Shown here: positions 1-7,764 of the stretch, piece by piece | How the letters are laid out: each line of letters starts with the position of its first letter | Numbering within the stretch: position 1 is the stretch's first letter | Assembly: GCF_000482745.1 (NCBI RefSeq) | Contig: NZ_AXWQ01000013.1 | Span: 51,279-75,278, forward strand | Direction of reading: 5' to 3' | DNA: 24,000 nt | Origin: Oleidesulfovibrio alaskensis DSM 16109 | GTDB lineage: Bacteria > Desulfobacterota > Desulfovibrionia > Desulfovibrionales > Desulfovibrionaceae | The notes under the pieces: model-generated | Told to the model about the DNA's origin: nothing | The model's input: the letters and a program-made list of their open reading frames with translations, nothing else | The model's database searches: none | Translations under genes and position numbers: made by a program

Positions 1-45
1 TTTTGCGTCCGGCCGTCAGCAGATAAGATTCTCATGGCTGCAGGG

Positions 46-74
46 CTGACACCCCCCGCAGCCGTTGTTATATC
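46..74 (+). promoter_or_regulatory. Candidate sigma70-type promoter for the usp gene (CTGACA-N17-TATATC)
   Basis: CTGACA at 46-51, a 17-nt spacer, and TATATC at 69-74. It lies about 30 nt upstream of the GGGAGG RBS and the ATG at 104. Motif match only. Confidence 0.3.
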
Positions 75-103
75 CATGGTAAACCAGCAGTAAGGGAGGT
101 TTT

Positions 104-610
104 ATGCAGCCCGTCAAAAAAATACTATACGCCACCGATCTTTCAGAAGATTCCCGCCATGCGCTTTCGTACGCGTTCAGTCTGGCGCAACAGTACGGAG
201 CAGCGCTGCATGTGCTGCATGTGCTGCCGGACGTAAAGCAGAACTACCTGACCACATCGGGGCTGGATTTCGCCACAGTGTTTGACGATGCCACATGGCG
301 GCTGTTCACTCCGGAACAGCTTGTGGAAGCCAAACACAAGGTAAGAGGGCGCATTACGGGCATATGCAGTCTGGAAGGACTGGCGGACACAGCCTGCATG
401 CCCGTGGCGGAAAACATCGAGGTGGCCGTGGGGCAACCTGCCGATGTCATTCTGGAACGCGCTCCGCAATTTGACATGGTGGTCATGGGTACACAGGGAC
501 ACGGACGGTTGACCGGTCTGCTGCTGGGCAGCGTGACCCAGAAAGTCGTTTCGCGCTGCCCGGTGCCTGTTCTGGTGGTCCGCCTGCCGGAAGCTGATCA
601 CAAGGTCTGA
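104..610 (+). CDS. Universal stress protein (UspA family)
   Basis: 168 aa. N-terminus KKILYATDLSEDSRHAL and C-terminus GSVTQKVVSRCPVPVLVV are typical Usp motifs. GGGAGG RBS 6 nt upstream of the ATG. Confidence 0.85.
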   Translation: MQPVKKILYATDLSEDSRHALSYAFSLAQQYGAALHVLHVLPDVKQNYLTTSGLDFATVFDDATWRLFTPEQLVEAKHKVRGRITGICSLEGLADTACMPVAENIEVAVGQPADVILERAPQFDMVVMGTQGHGRLTGLLLGSVTQKVVSRCPVPVLVVRLPEADHKV

Positions 611-647
611 CAGACCGGCAGCACATACACAGCGTCCCCGCTACGCG

Positions 648-1331
648 CTACAGCGACTCATGCCCTTCGGCCAGTGCGGTCAGGTATTCACGGTCTGTAA
701 TGGTGATGGTGCGGCCTTCCATGGTTATGGCCCCTGTTTCCACCAGTTTTGCCAGTGCCCGCGAAAGAGTTTCACGCGCAGTGCCCAGCACACCCGCCAG
801 CAGACTTTTGGAAACATCCAGCCTGATAACGTCCTTGTGCCCTTTTTTCACACTGAGATGCAGCAGATACGCCGCCAGACGCTGGGGAATCTCCTTGAGG
901 GTCAGCGCCTCCACCTGCCGGGTGAACATGCGCAACTTGCGCGAAAGGGCAGCCAGCATGTTCATTGCCAGTGACGGGTCTTGGGCAATGCGGTCCACAA
1001 TACCCCTGCGCGGCAAAAAAAGAACGCGGCTCTGTTCCACCGCCATGGCATTGGCCGGAAAGACATCGTTCTGAAACACAGCCACCTCGCCGAAAGGTTC
1101 TCCCGCGCCGAACACATGCATCACAGCCTCGCGTCCGTCCGGAGCCGTCTTGAATATTTTGACACGGCCATCCAGCACTATGTACAGCCCTTCTGCACGC
1201 GTTCCTTCGACAAAAATAATCTGCCCCTTGTCCACCGGCCTGTCCACGGCTATGGATGCCATGGATTCCAGCTGCTGAGCCGACAACCCGCTGAAAAGGG
1301 GAATACGCCCCAGAAAAAGACTGTTTTCCAT
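648..1331 (-). CDS. Crp/Fnr-family transcriptional regulator (cNMP-binding domain plus C-terminal HTH)
   Basis: Beta-roll region FFGEVAV-like (GEPFGEVAVF) and HTH GTARETLSRALAKLVETG. I trimmed the ORF track start (1418) to the ATG at 1331 (MENSLFLGRIPLF), which has GGAG upstream. There is no N-terminal Cys cluster, so it is not a classical FNR. Confidence 0.85.
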   Translation of the reverse strand: MENSLFLGRIPLFSGLSAQQLESMASIAVDRPVDKGQIIFVEGTRAEGLYIVLDGRVKIFKTAPDGREAVMHVFGAGEPFGEVAVFQNDVFPANAMAVEQSRVLFLPRRGIVDRIAQDPSLAMNMLAALSRKLRMFTRQVEALTLKEIPQRLAAYLLHLSVKKGHKDVIRLDVSKSLLAGVLGTARETLSRALAKLVETGAITMEGRTITITDREYLTALAEGHESL

Positions 1332-1424
1332 TCTGTTCTCCGCTCCGTGCGGCACCTTGCCCACAAAGCCGACAATGATTACACCATGGTTCATACGCAG
1401 ACAGCACCGCGACACCACGGCGCG

Positions 1425-1440
1425 GTGATTTCATAGTCAC
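1425..1440. promoter_or_regulatory. Palindrome GTGA-N8-TCAC in the divergent crp / ORF-1464 intergenic region (possible Crp/Fnr-family site with non-canonical spacing)
   Basis: GTGATTTCATAGTCAC read directly. The canonical CRP/FNR spacing is N6, not N8, so this is weak. Confidence 0.2.
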
Positions 1441-1463
1441 ATACTTACGGAGGATTACACAGC

Positions 1464-1736
1464 ATGGCAAGCACCCCGCGGAACATCGCCGGAAGAGTGG
1501 AAGAGCTGCTACGGGAAGAACTGCTGGAAATGGGCGAAGACCCTTCGCGCCTTGAACCGCACGAAATTGCCGAAAACATGCGGTGCGAAGTACGCCCGGA
1601 CGACAGCATGATATACAGCTGGAAAGGAACCCCCATCCTGCGCGTACAGCCTGAACATCATCAGGACGGCAGCGTCACATGGCGCATGTTCACCCGCGAC
1701 GAGGTCATGACCCCGCAAACTGAAATACTGCAGTAA
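1464..1736 (+). CDS. Hypothetical protein (90 aa)
   Basis: ORF with a GGAGG RBS about 8 nt upstream. It sits 10 nt ahead of trmO on the same strand. No motif recognised. Confidence 0.55.
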   Translation: MASTPRNIAGRVEELLREELLEMGEDPSRLEPHEIAENMRCEVRPDDSMIYSWKGTPILRVQPEHHQDGSVTWRMFTRDEVMTPQTEILQ

Positions 1737-1746
1737 AGGAGCCCTG

Positions 1747-2250
1747 ATGCAACCTTTCACCGTCACCCCCATCGGCGTGCTGCGCACCCCGCATACATCG
1801 CGCGAAGGAATGCCCATACAGCCCACGGGAGCTTCGGCATGCAGAGGAGAAGCCCGCATCAATCCGGAACTGGCAGACGGGCTGAAAGATCTGGAAGGCT
1901 TTTCCCATCTTATCCTGCTGTATCACTTCCACGAGTCCAGCGGGTACGATCTCACGCTCACGCCGTTTCTGGATACCTGCAAAAGAGGGCTTTTTGCCAC
2001 ACGCTCGCCGCGGCGTCCGTGCGGTATCGGCCTTTCCGTGGTGCGGCTGACGGCGGTACACGGCAATGTGCTGGAACTGGAAGGCGTAGACATGCTGGAC
2101 AACAGCCCGCTGGTGGACATCAAACCCTATGTGCCGCGCTTTGACACGCCGCAGGGTGACATACGCTGCGGCTGGCTGGAAAATACCGCCGAGCAGGCGC
2201 AGGAAATGAAGTCGGATGACAGGTTCGTACAGCGCGACAGCACACGCTGA
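1747..2250 (+). CDS. trmO: tRNA (t6A37-N6)-methyltransferase TrmO / TsaA (YaeB) family
   Basis: IGVLRTP...EGFSHLILLYHFH...RSPRRPCGIGLSVVRL...VDMLDNSPLVDIKPY matches the TsaA/YaeB family pattern. Confidence 0.8.
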   Translation: MQPFTVTPIGVLRTPHTSREGMPIQPTGASACRGEARINPELADGLKDLEGFSHLILLYHFHESSGYDLTLTPFLDTCKRGLFATRSPRRPCGIGLSVVRLTAVHGNVLELEGVDMLDNSPLVDIKPYVPRFDTPQGDIRCGWLENTAEQAQEMKSDDRFVQRDSTR

Positions 2251-2314
2251 CCCCGCCCGCGGCCGCGCGGCACACAACACACAGACACTGACCGCTGAAA
2301 CAAAGGATATTCCC

Positions 2315-2731
2315 ATGCACGATTCCACACTCCAGCAGTTCATCGAAAAAGAATTCCCCTTTCACGTTCATCTGGGAGTGCGCGCCGACTATCTGGGCCG
2401 TGATGCGGTACGCCTGTATATCCCATTTGCACCGCAACTCATAGGACATACGGGGCGGCCCATGATTCACGGCGGAGTCATAGCCAGCCTTGTGGATATA
2501 TGCGGCGGTTTTGCCGTATGGGCTCACTGCAAGCCCGAAGACCACGTGGCCACCATCACCCTGAGCGTTGACTACCTGAGGCCTGCCAATCCGGCGGACC
2601 TGTATGCCGAAGCACGCATCCGGCTGCTCGGCAACAAAGTGGGCAACGCCCATGTCATGGTCTGGACGGCGGACAACAAAGACGTGAATGTGGCCGAAGG
2701 GCGCGGGGTGTACAACATCCGGCGCGGATAA
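2315..2731 (+). CDS. PaaI-family (hotdog-fold) acyl-CoA thioesterase
   Basis: The HGGVIASLVD motif and overall length fit the PaaI/4HBT class. The start is trimmed from 2216 to the ATG at 2315 (AAAGGA RBS). The longer form would overlap trmO. Confidence 0.75.
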   Translation: MHDSTLQQFIEKEFPFHVHLGVRADYLGRDAVRLYIPFAPQLIGHTGRPMIHGGVIASLVDICGGFAVWAHCKPEDHVATITLSVDYLRPANPADLYAEARIRLLGNKVGNAHVMVWTADNKDVNVAEGRGVYNIRRG

Positions 2732-2760
2732 TTCCCCTCCGCCGCACAGCCTCCTTTCTC

Positions 2761-2798
2761 AAAAAAAGCAGCGCCGTATCCATCAGGATACGGCGCTG
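2761..2798 (-). terminator. Rho-independent terminator downstream of gltX (possibly bidirectional)
   Basis: Perfect 13-bp stem (2769-2781 pairs with 2786-2798) with a 4-nt loop, followed on the minus strand by a run of 7 T (2761-2767). Confidence 0.75.
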
Positions 2799-2823
2799 TA
2801 TTCATTGACGCACAAAAACAGAA

Positions 2824-4218
2824 TTACAATGCCGCCGCACGGTCAAGGCGCGCCAGCGTGCGTTCCCTGCCCAGCAGGCCCATGACGGCGGAAAGGTCGG
2901 GTCCACCCATGGCCCCCAGCAGGGCCACACGCAAAGGCGGCCCCACGGCCTTGAATTTCAGCCCGTTGTCAGCCACATAGCGCTGCAGCACTTCATGGGC
3001 GGTGTGCCCGTCAAAGTCAGCACAGGCGGCAAGCGCCTGCCGCAACGCAGCCAGATGCCCGCGGCCTTCAGCCGTCAGTGCCTTTTCCACGGCTTTGGCA
3101 TCAAACTCCAGCGCGTCATCAGCACAGAGCACGGGTTTCATGGCTGCTGCCAGCTCCACAAGATCGTGGGCGCGTTCCTTGTACAGGCCCGCCGCAACAG
3201 TCAGAAAAGCTGCATCAATCTGGCCGTATCCCGTTTCTGCCAGAAAAGGCCGCACAAGACCGGCCAGCTGGTCGTCGGGAGTTTCCCTGATGTACTGACC
3301 GTTAAGCCACTGCAGCTTTTCCGGATCGAATCCCGCAGCGGAACGCGACAGATTATCAGTGGAGAACTTCTCTATCAGCTCATCCAGCGAAAATTTTTCC
3401 TGATCTCCGTATGACCAGCCGAGCCGTACCAGATAGTTCACAAGCGCCTGAGGCAGCAGGCCGGTTTCTTTATAATCTATAACCGCCTTGGCCCCGTGCC
3501 GCTTGGAAAGCTTCTGTCTGTCCGGCCCCAGAATCATGGGCACATGGCCGAATTCCGGCACGGGCAGTCCCAGAGCTTCGTACAGCAGAATCTGCTTGGG
3601 GGTGTTGTTCACATGGTCGTCGCCGCGCAGCACATGTGTTACGCCCATGGTGGCATCGTCCACCACCACGGCAAGGTTGTATGTGGGCGAACCGTCGGCC
3701 CGCCGGATGATCATGTCGTCCAGCTCGCTGTTATCAAAGGCTATGGTGCCCTTTACCAGATCGGTAAACACCGTCTTGCCGGTAAGCGGCGCCTTCAGCC
3801 GCACCACGCGGCCTTCACCGCCCTGCAGGCCGCGCTCGCGGCAGCGGCCGTTGTATTTGGGCTTCAGCCCGCGGGCCCGCGCGGTTTCACGCATGGCTTC
3901 CACTTCTTCGGGCGAACATTCGCACCAGTAGGCCTTGCCCTCTGCCAGCAGCCTGTCGATGTACTCGTTGTACAGGTCAAAACGGCGGCTCTGGTAGACA
4001 GGCTCGCCGTCCCAGTCCAGCCCCAGCCATGCCATGGAAGCCAGAATGGAGTCTGTGTACTCCTGCTTCGAGCGTTCCATGTCGGTATCTTCGATACGCA
4101 GCACAAATTCACCGCCGAAATGGCGGGCCAGCAGCCAGCTGAACACGGCGGTGCGTGCACCGCCGAGGTGCAGATGCCCCGTAGGGCTGGGAGCAAATCG
4201 CGTTACAACCTTGCTCAT
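2824..4218 (-). CDS. gltX: Glutamate--tRNA ligase
   Basis: N-terminus RFAPSPTGHLHLGGART (HIGH motif) and KLSKRHG (KMSKS motif), 464 aa. AAGGAAG RBS upstream. Confidence 0.95.
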   Translation of the reverse strand: MSKVVTRFAPSPTGHLHLGGARTAVFSWLLARHFGGEFVLRIEDTDMERSKQEYTDSILASMAWLGLDWDGEPVYQSRRFDLYNEYIDRLLAEGKAYWCECSPEEVEAMRETARARGLKPKYNGRCRERGLQGGEGRVVRLKAPLTGKTVFTDLVKGTIAFDNSELDDMIIRRADGSPTYNLAVVVDDATMGVTHVLRGDDHVNNTPKQILLYEALGLPVPEFGHVPMILGPDRQKLSKRHGAKAVIDYKETGLLPQALVNYLVRLGWSYGDQEKFSLDELIEKFSTDNLSRSAAGFDPEKLQWLNGQYIRETPDDQLAGLVRPFLAETGYGQIDAAFLTVAAGLYKERAHDLVELAAAMKPVLCADDALEFDAKAVEKALTAEGRGHLAALRQALAACADFDGHTAHEVLQRYVADNGLKFKAVGPPLRVALLGAMGGPDLSAVMGLLGRERTLARLDRAAAL

Positions 4219-4391
4219 GATGCTTCCTTGGTGCGCTCTGCGAACAGAGCGCCGTTGGACGGGGCGGCGCGCCCCGCGGCTAAATATGTAAAAGGGCGAA
4301 CACCATGTCCGCCTGAAAAAATACCTGCTTCGGGCTCGCAGCGCCCGGGCGTTTTACGTACTTGCTAACCGGTACCGTGTCAAACGGCAAA

Positions 4392-4416
4392 GGCGGCGCA
4401 GAATCTCTGCGCCGCC
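4392..4416 (-). terminator. Stem-loop, probable terminator or attenuator between the DUF2156 gene and gltX
   Basis: Perfect 11-bp stem GGCGGCGCAGA/TCTGCGCCGCC with a 3-nt loop. On the minus strand it is followed by TTTGCCGTTTG, an imperfect T-tract. Confidence 0.4.
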
Positions 4417-4439
4417 GGTACAGCAGCGTTGACGCGCGC

Positions 4440-4526
4440 CGGCCAGATGCCGGCCAAATGCGGTCAGATGTCGGCCAGTTGTCGGCCAGATGCCAGACAG
4501 ACGCCGGACAGCGCCCGGTCCGTCAC
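4440..4526. repeat. About 8 degenerate tandem copies of an 11-bp unit (consensus CGGCCAGATGC)
   Basis: Read directly: cggccagatgc / cggccaaatgc / ggtcagatgt / cggccagttgt / cggccagatgc / cagacagacgc / cggacagcgcc / cggtccgtcac. The array starts at the stop codon of the DUF2156 gene. Confidence 0.7.
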
Positions 4527-5404
4527 AACACAGTGACGGTGCTTTTGCGCAGCCAGTCCGCAGGGTGATAAGTCAGTTTTGCCTTACGCAGACCCTCGTC
4601 GCCCAGATCCTGCTCGCGGTTCACATATGTATATCCTGTGCCCTCATGCTCAACAAAAATCTGATTGATTGCCTGATACACCCCGCGATACTCCGAACGC
4701 GCCTTTTCAAAATGCACCACCAGAGTATCGTCTGTCAGTGCTTCGCCCACGGTATAGGCCACCATCACATCATTGACATACAGCGCACCGCCCTTCAATC
4801 CGGGTATGGTGTCCCAGTATTCCAGCACACGGATGACCGCTTCATTTTCCGCCAGCAGGGTTTCCGACTCTTCGCATTCACGCGAAAGACACCATTCCTG
4901 CTGCAGCTGCAGCACGGCTTCTATGCAATCAGCCGTCATGGGATGGTACTGCCAGTCATACTGCTTCTTGAACTGATTCACATGGTTCTTTTTTTTATGG
5001 TACTTGTTGCCCGAAAGCGTAGCCAGCTTTTCCGCGTCGTACAGATAGTCCCACTGATCGCGGTCCTCCTGCACCTGCACGCCGTCGCCCAGCGCCGCCT
5101 GCCACAGGTCGGCAAGCTGCTGCGGTACGCGTATAAAGGTTCTGCCCGCCGTCATCATGGGGCATTTTGCCCAGTCGGCCACGGCGTTCCAGTCACCCAC
5201 GGGCGCCCAGTAACCCACTTCCGGTCTGGTCTGGCGTATCCAGAAAAGATTGGGCGTGCGGCCCACTTCCAGCCCGTATTCGTTGGCCCAGCCCCACAGA
5301 TTGGTAAAACTGTAATCAGAAGCCCGCGACGGTGTGCCGGAGAAAAGAGTCAGATACTCTTCCATCACGTCCATGGTCAAAGGTTTAAATTCCACTGCGC
5401 ACAT
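4523..5404 (-). CDS. DUF2156 / MprF C-terminal-like (aminoacyl-tRNA-dependent transferase fold) protein
   Basis: 293 aa. The EFKPLTMDV...YSFTNLWGW...YHKKKNHVNQFKK pattern resembles stand-alone DUF2156 proteins as I remember them. AAGGAG RBS 9 nt upstream of the ATG at 5404, inside the 3' end of the MATE gene. Confidence 0.6.
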   Translation of the reverse strand: MCAVEFKPLTMDVMEEYLTLFSGTPSRASDYSFTNLWGWANEYGLEVGRTPNLFWIRQTRPEVGYWAPVGDWNAVADWAKCPMMTAGRTFIRVPQQLADLWQAALGDGVQVQEDRDQWDYLYDAEKLATLSGNKYHKKKNHVNQFKKQYDWQYHPMTADCIEAVLQLQQEWCLSRECEESETLLAENEAVIRVLEYWDTIPGLKGGALYVNDVMVAYTVGEALTDDTLVVHFEKARSEYRGVYQAINQIFVEHEGTGYTYVNREQDLGDEGLRKAKLTYHPADWLRKSTVTVL

Positions 5405-6872
5405 TGCTTTTCACTCCTTCAAGAGCCGCCCCTGCAGGCGTCTCCGTGGTGTTCTTTCTGTTGCCGTTGCGCTTGATCATGCTGAAACGGCTCCAGTCGT
5501 GGTACCAGAACAGCCAGAGCATGGTACCGGACTGGAATATCTGTGAAATCAGCATGGCTACAAACACACCTTCGGAGTTCCCCCACACATGGTGCCCCAT
5601 GACATAGGCCACCGGCAGCCGCACCAGCCATGTGGCGGAACTGTACACAATAAAGGTGTACAGCGTGGCGCCGGCGCCGGTCATTATGCCGCCCAGCGTC
5701 ATGCTGGCCACGGTGAAGGGAATGGATACAAGATTATATTTCAGATACACGGCCGCCTGCGCCTGCACCGCCGGTTGCGGCGACAGAAAAGCGCAGATTT
5801 CCGGCACAAAAGGCCACATGAAAACAGCAACCACCGTTAACGACCCGCAGGCCATCAGCAGAAGACGCAGCCCCACGCGTTTGGCCTCGGCCTTGCGCCC
5901 GGCCCCCAGAAAATGCCCGACCAGAATACTGGCTGTCATATTAAAAGCGAACGCAGGCAGAAACAGCAGAGATTCTATGCGCATGCCTGCCGTCATACCG
6001 GCCAGCGCATCAATGCTGCCCGCAGGCAGCGAGCCGGTAATGGCAAACAATACCAGATACCCGGTCTGCCACATTATCTGCATGCCGCCTGCCGGAAGCG
6101 CCACCTTGATAAGATACGGTGCCGCACAGCGGGCCCAGCGCCACGGAGCGCCGGAGTCGCGCCGCAGCAGGCCTTTTCTGACCAGCATCACCATGTTGAA
6201 CAGCGCACCGGCCGTAATGGAATAGAATGTGGCCCATGCCACACCGGCATAGCCCATCTGCGGAAAGCCCCACCAGCCCAGCCCCAGACCAAAATCCGCC
6301 ACGGTGTTCACCAGACTGACAATCATCATGCAGCCCAGAGGAATCAGCACCATTTTGCGGGCGCGGAACATGGCATTGGTCATGTTGAGCATGTAGTACA
6401 TGGGCAGCACATACAGATACACGTCAAAAAAATACGACGTGATGGGGCGGATGCGTTCCGGCACCTGCAGCAGGTTGAGAAACGGCTCCTTGAACAGCAT
6501 GCCGCAGACCAGCACAACCAGACTCATGACAACGCCCAGCTTGATGACCAGCGCCACATAGCGCCGCGCGCGCCTGTACAGTCCGGCCCCGGCGGACTGA
6601 CCTATGGCCGCCACGGAAGCATTGGCCACGGCTATACCCACCACCATCAGAAAAAAAAGACACTGCGTGATGATACCCAGCGATGCCTGTACATCCTGAT
6701 GAATTTTGCCTGCCACCCACACATCCACAAAACCGATGATGAAATGAAAAAACATCATCATCATCTGCGGCCATGTAAGGCTGAAAATGGCGGTATCGGA
6801 ACCGGAATCCGGTTCGGGCGCAGCGGCGCCTGCCCGCGCCGCCTGCATGGTTCGGGTACTATCCGACGACAT
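5385..6872 (-). CDS. MATE-family (MOP superfamily) efflux transporter/flippase-like membrane protein
   Basis: About 12 hydrophobic segments and a length and composition typical of MATE/NorM. The start is uncertain: GTG 6917, ATG 6872 (AAGGCAGG RBS, chosen) or ATG 6848. Confidence 0.75.
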   Translation of the reverse strand: MSSDSTRTMQAARAGAAAPEPDSGSDTAIFSLTWPQMMMMFFHFIIGFVDVWVAGKIHQDVQASLGIITQCLFFLMVVGIAVANASVAAIGQSAGAGLYRRARRYVALVIKLGVVMSLVVLVCGMLFKEPFLNLLQVPERIRPITSYFFDVYLYVLPMYYMLNMTNAMFRARKMVLIPLGCMMIVSLVNTVADFGLGLGWWGFPQMGYAGVAWATFYSITAGALFNMVMLVRKGLLRRDSGAPWRWARCAAPYLIKVALPAGGMQIMWQTGYLVLFAITGSLPAGSIDALAGMTAGMRIESLLFLPAFAFNMTASILVGHFLGAGRKAEAKRVGLRLLLMACGSLTVVAVFMWPFVPEICAFLSPQPAVQAQAAVYLKYNLVSIPFTVASMTLGGIMTGAGATLYTFIVYSSATWLVRLPVAYVMGHHVWGNSEGVFVAMLISQIFQSGTMLWLFWYHDWSRFSMIKRNGNRKNTTETPAGAALEGVKSNVRSGI

Positions 6873-7008
6873 ATATGAACCTGCCTTGCAGGGTAATGCA
6901 GAACCTGCTGATTTCACAGAATTCTGCCACCGGTTAACTGAAAACAGCCTGAAAGTATGCCTCAGCGGAAAAAACGGGTCAACGCACCGGAAAGTAACTG
7001 TGGCTTGA

Positions 7009-7048
7009 TCTCTTTGTACGCATTATGTACAAAATATGTACAAAGAGA
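7009..7048. promoter_or_regulatory. Composite operator-like element: 11-bp perfect inverted repeat plus a TATGTACAAA direct repeat
   Basis: TCTCTTTGTAC (7009-7019) and GTACAAAGAGA (7038-7048) are exact reverse complements. TATGTACAAA occurs at 7024-7033 and 7035-7044, an 11-bp period. The element is an AT-rich island 26 nt upstream of the ATG at 7074. Confidence 0.45.
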
Positions 7049-7073
7049 CCTCACCCGTTTCACAGGAGGCACC

Positions 7074-7406
7074 ATGCACATATTCAAAAACGAAAAAGAA
7101 ACAAAACGCGTCATCTTCAACATTGATTCCGGCCTTGCCCTGCGGCTGGAAAGAGCAAGACACCGGGCAAGAAAACTTTCCCGCAAGCTTAATGTCGACG
7201 AAGCCGTGGACCATGCACTGGAAGCTTTTCTGGCCGAAGCGGAGCACAGGCTGGACGCGCTGGCGCAGAAAAAAAACGCCGCACCCGCCGCACAGGGCCC
7301 CATCATAATGGGTCCTGCGGCAGCCGAAGAAGACAGCCGGGGCGACACTTCGGCCGTGGTGCTGCGCAAAAGCATGGTGCCGGAACAACGGAACAGACAA
7401 CGCTGA
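7074..7406 (+). CDS. Hypothetical small protein, possible ribbon-helix-helix DNA-binding protein
   Basis: AGGAGG RBS 5 nt upstream. The N-terminus KRVIFNIDSGLALRLERARHRA fits the strand-helix pattern of RHH (CopG/Arc-like) proteins. The C-terminus is low complexity. The start is trimmed from 6957. Confidence 0.5.
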   Translation: MHIFKNEKETKRVIFNIDSGLALRLERARHRARKLSRKLNVDEAVDHALEAFLAEAEHRLDALAQKKNAAPAAQGPIIMGPAAAEEDSRGDTSAVVLRKSMVPEQRNRQR

Positions 7407-7595
7407 CGTAAGAGTAAGTCTCCGCTGCCGCATGGCAACACCCTGACCGCACACCCGTTGCACGAAATCATTCCCCGCGGCACCGGCTCGGGACGAAACG
7501 GCAATGACGGACTGCCCGCAGCCTGAAAACCCGCAGAAAAAAGCTGACAGCCCGCAGGTACGGCGCGGCGTACAGCCAAGTACACGCGCCGTGCT

Positions 7596-7635
7596 CCTGC
7601 CCTCAACCGGCAGCAGGATGCCGGTTGAGGGCAGG
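7596..7635. other. Perfect 16-bp stem / 8-nt loop hairpin in a 358-bp non-coding gap
   Basis: CCTGCCCTCAACCGGC (7596-7611) and GCCGGTTGAGGGCAGG (7620-7635) are exact reverse complements. There is no flanking T-tract on either strand. Confidence 0.6.
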
Positions 7636-7711
7636 ACCGTGACACACGCGGAAAGCCGGAGCTTTCCGGCCAGTCTGATGCTCCGGCGCTGCCGCACGCG
7701 GACAGCCAAAC

Positions 7712-7734
7712 AAAAAAGCGCACCAGAGGTGCGC
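7712..7734 (-). terminator. Rho-independent terminator of birA
   Basis: On the minus strand: GCGCACC-TCT-GGTGCGC followed by TTTTTT, about 30 nt after the birA stop. Confidence 0.65.
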
Positions 7735-7764
7735 CCCGTGCCGGTCCTGAAGCCGTAAAAACAA

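Noticed and set aside
4355-4383. Possible gltX promoter (minus strand TTGACA-N17-TACGTA)
   Set aside because: The -35 hexamer is perfect but the -10 is poor (3 of 6), and the spacing alternatives are no better. This is not enough to call as a feature.
4440-4526. Possible CRISPR array or coding peptide repeat
   Set aside because: The 11-bp units are contiguous with no spacers, far too short for CRISPR, and no cas genes are present. The period is not divisible by 3, and the plus-strand ORF covering it (4362-4568) has no support.
4490-6878. Long plus-strand ORFs 4490-5476 (328 aa) and 5913-6878 (321 aa)
   Set aside because: They are antisense to the DUF2156 and MATE genes. They have no RBS or motif support and are a GC-driven lack of stops.
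7504-7758. 84-aa ORF in the birA-downstream gap
   Set aside because: It has no RBS, an Arg/Pro/Ser-rich composition, spans a perfect 16-bp hairpin and the birA terminator, and ends by running into birA antisense.
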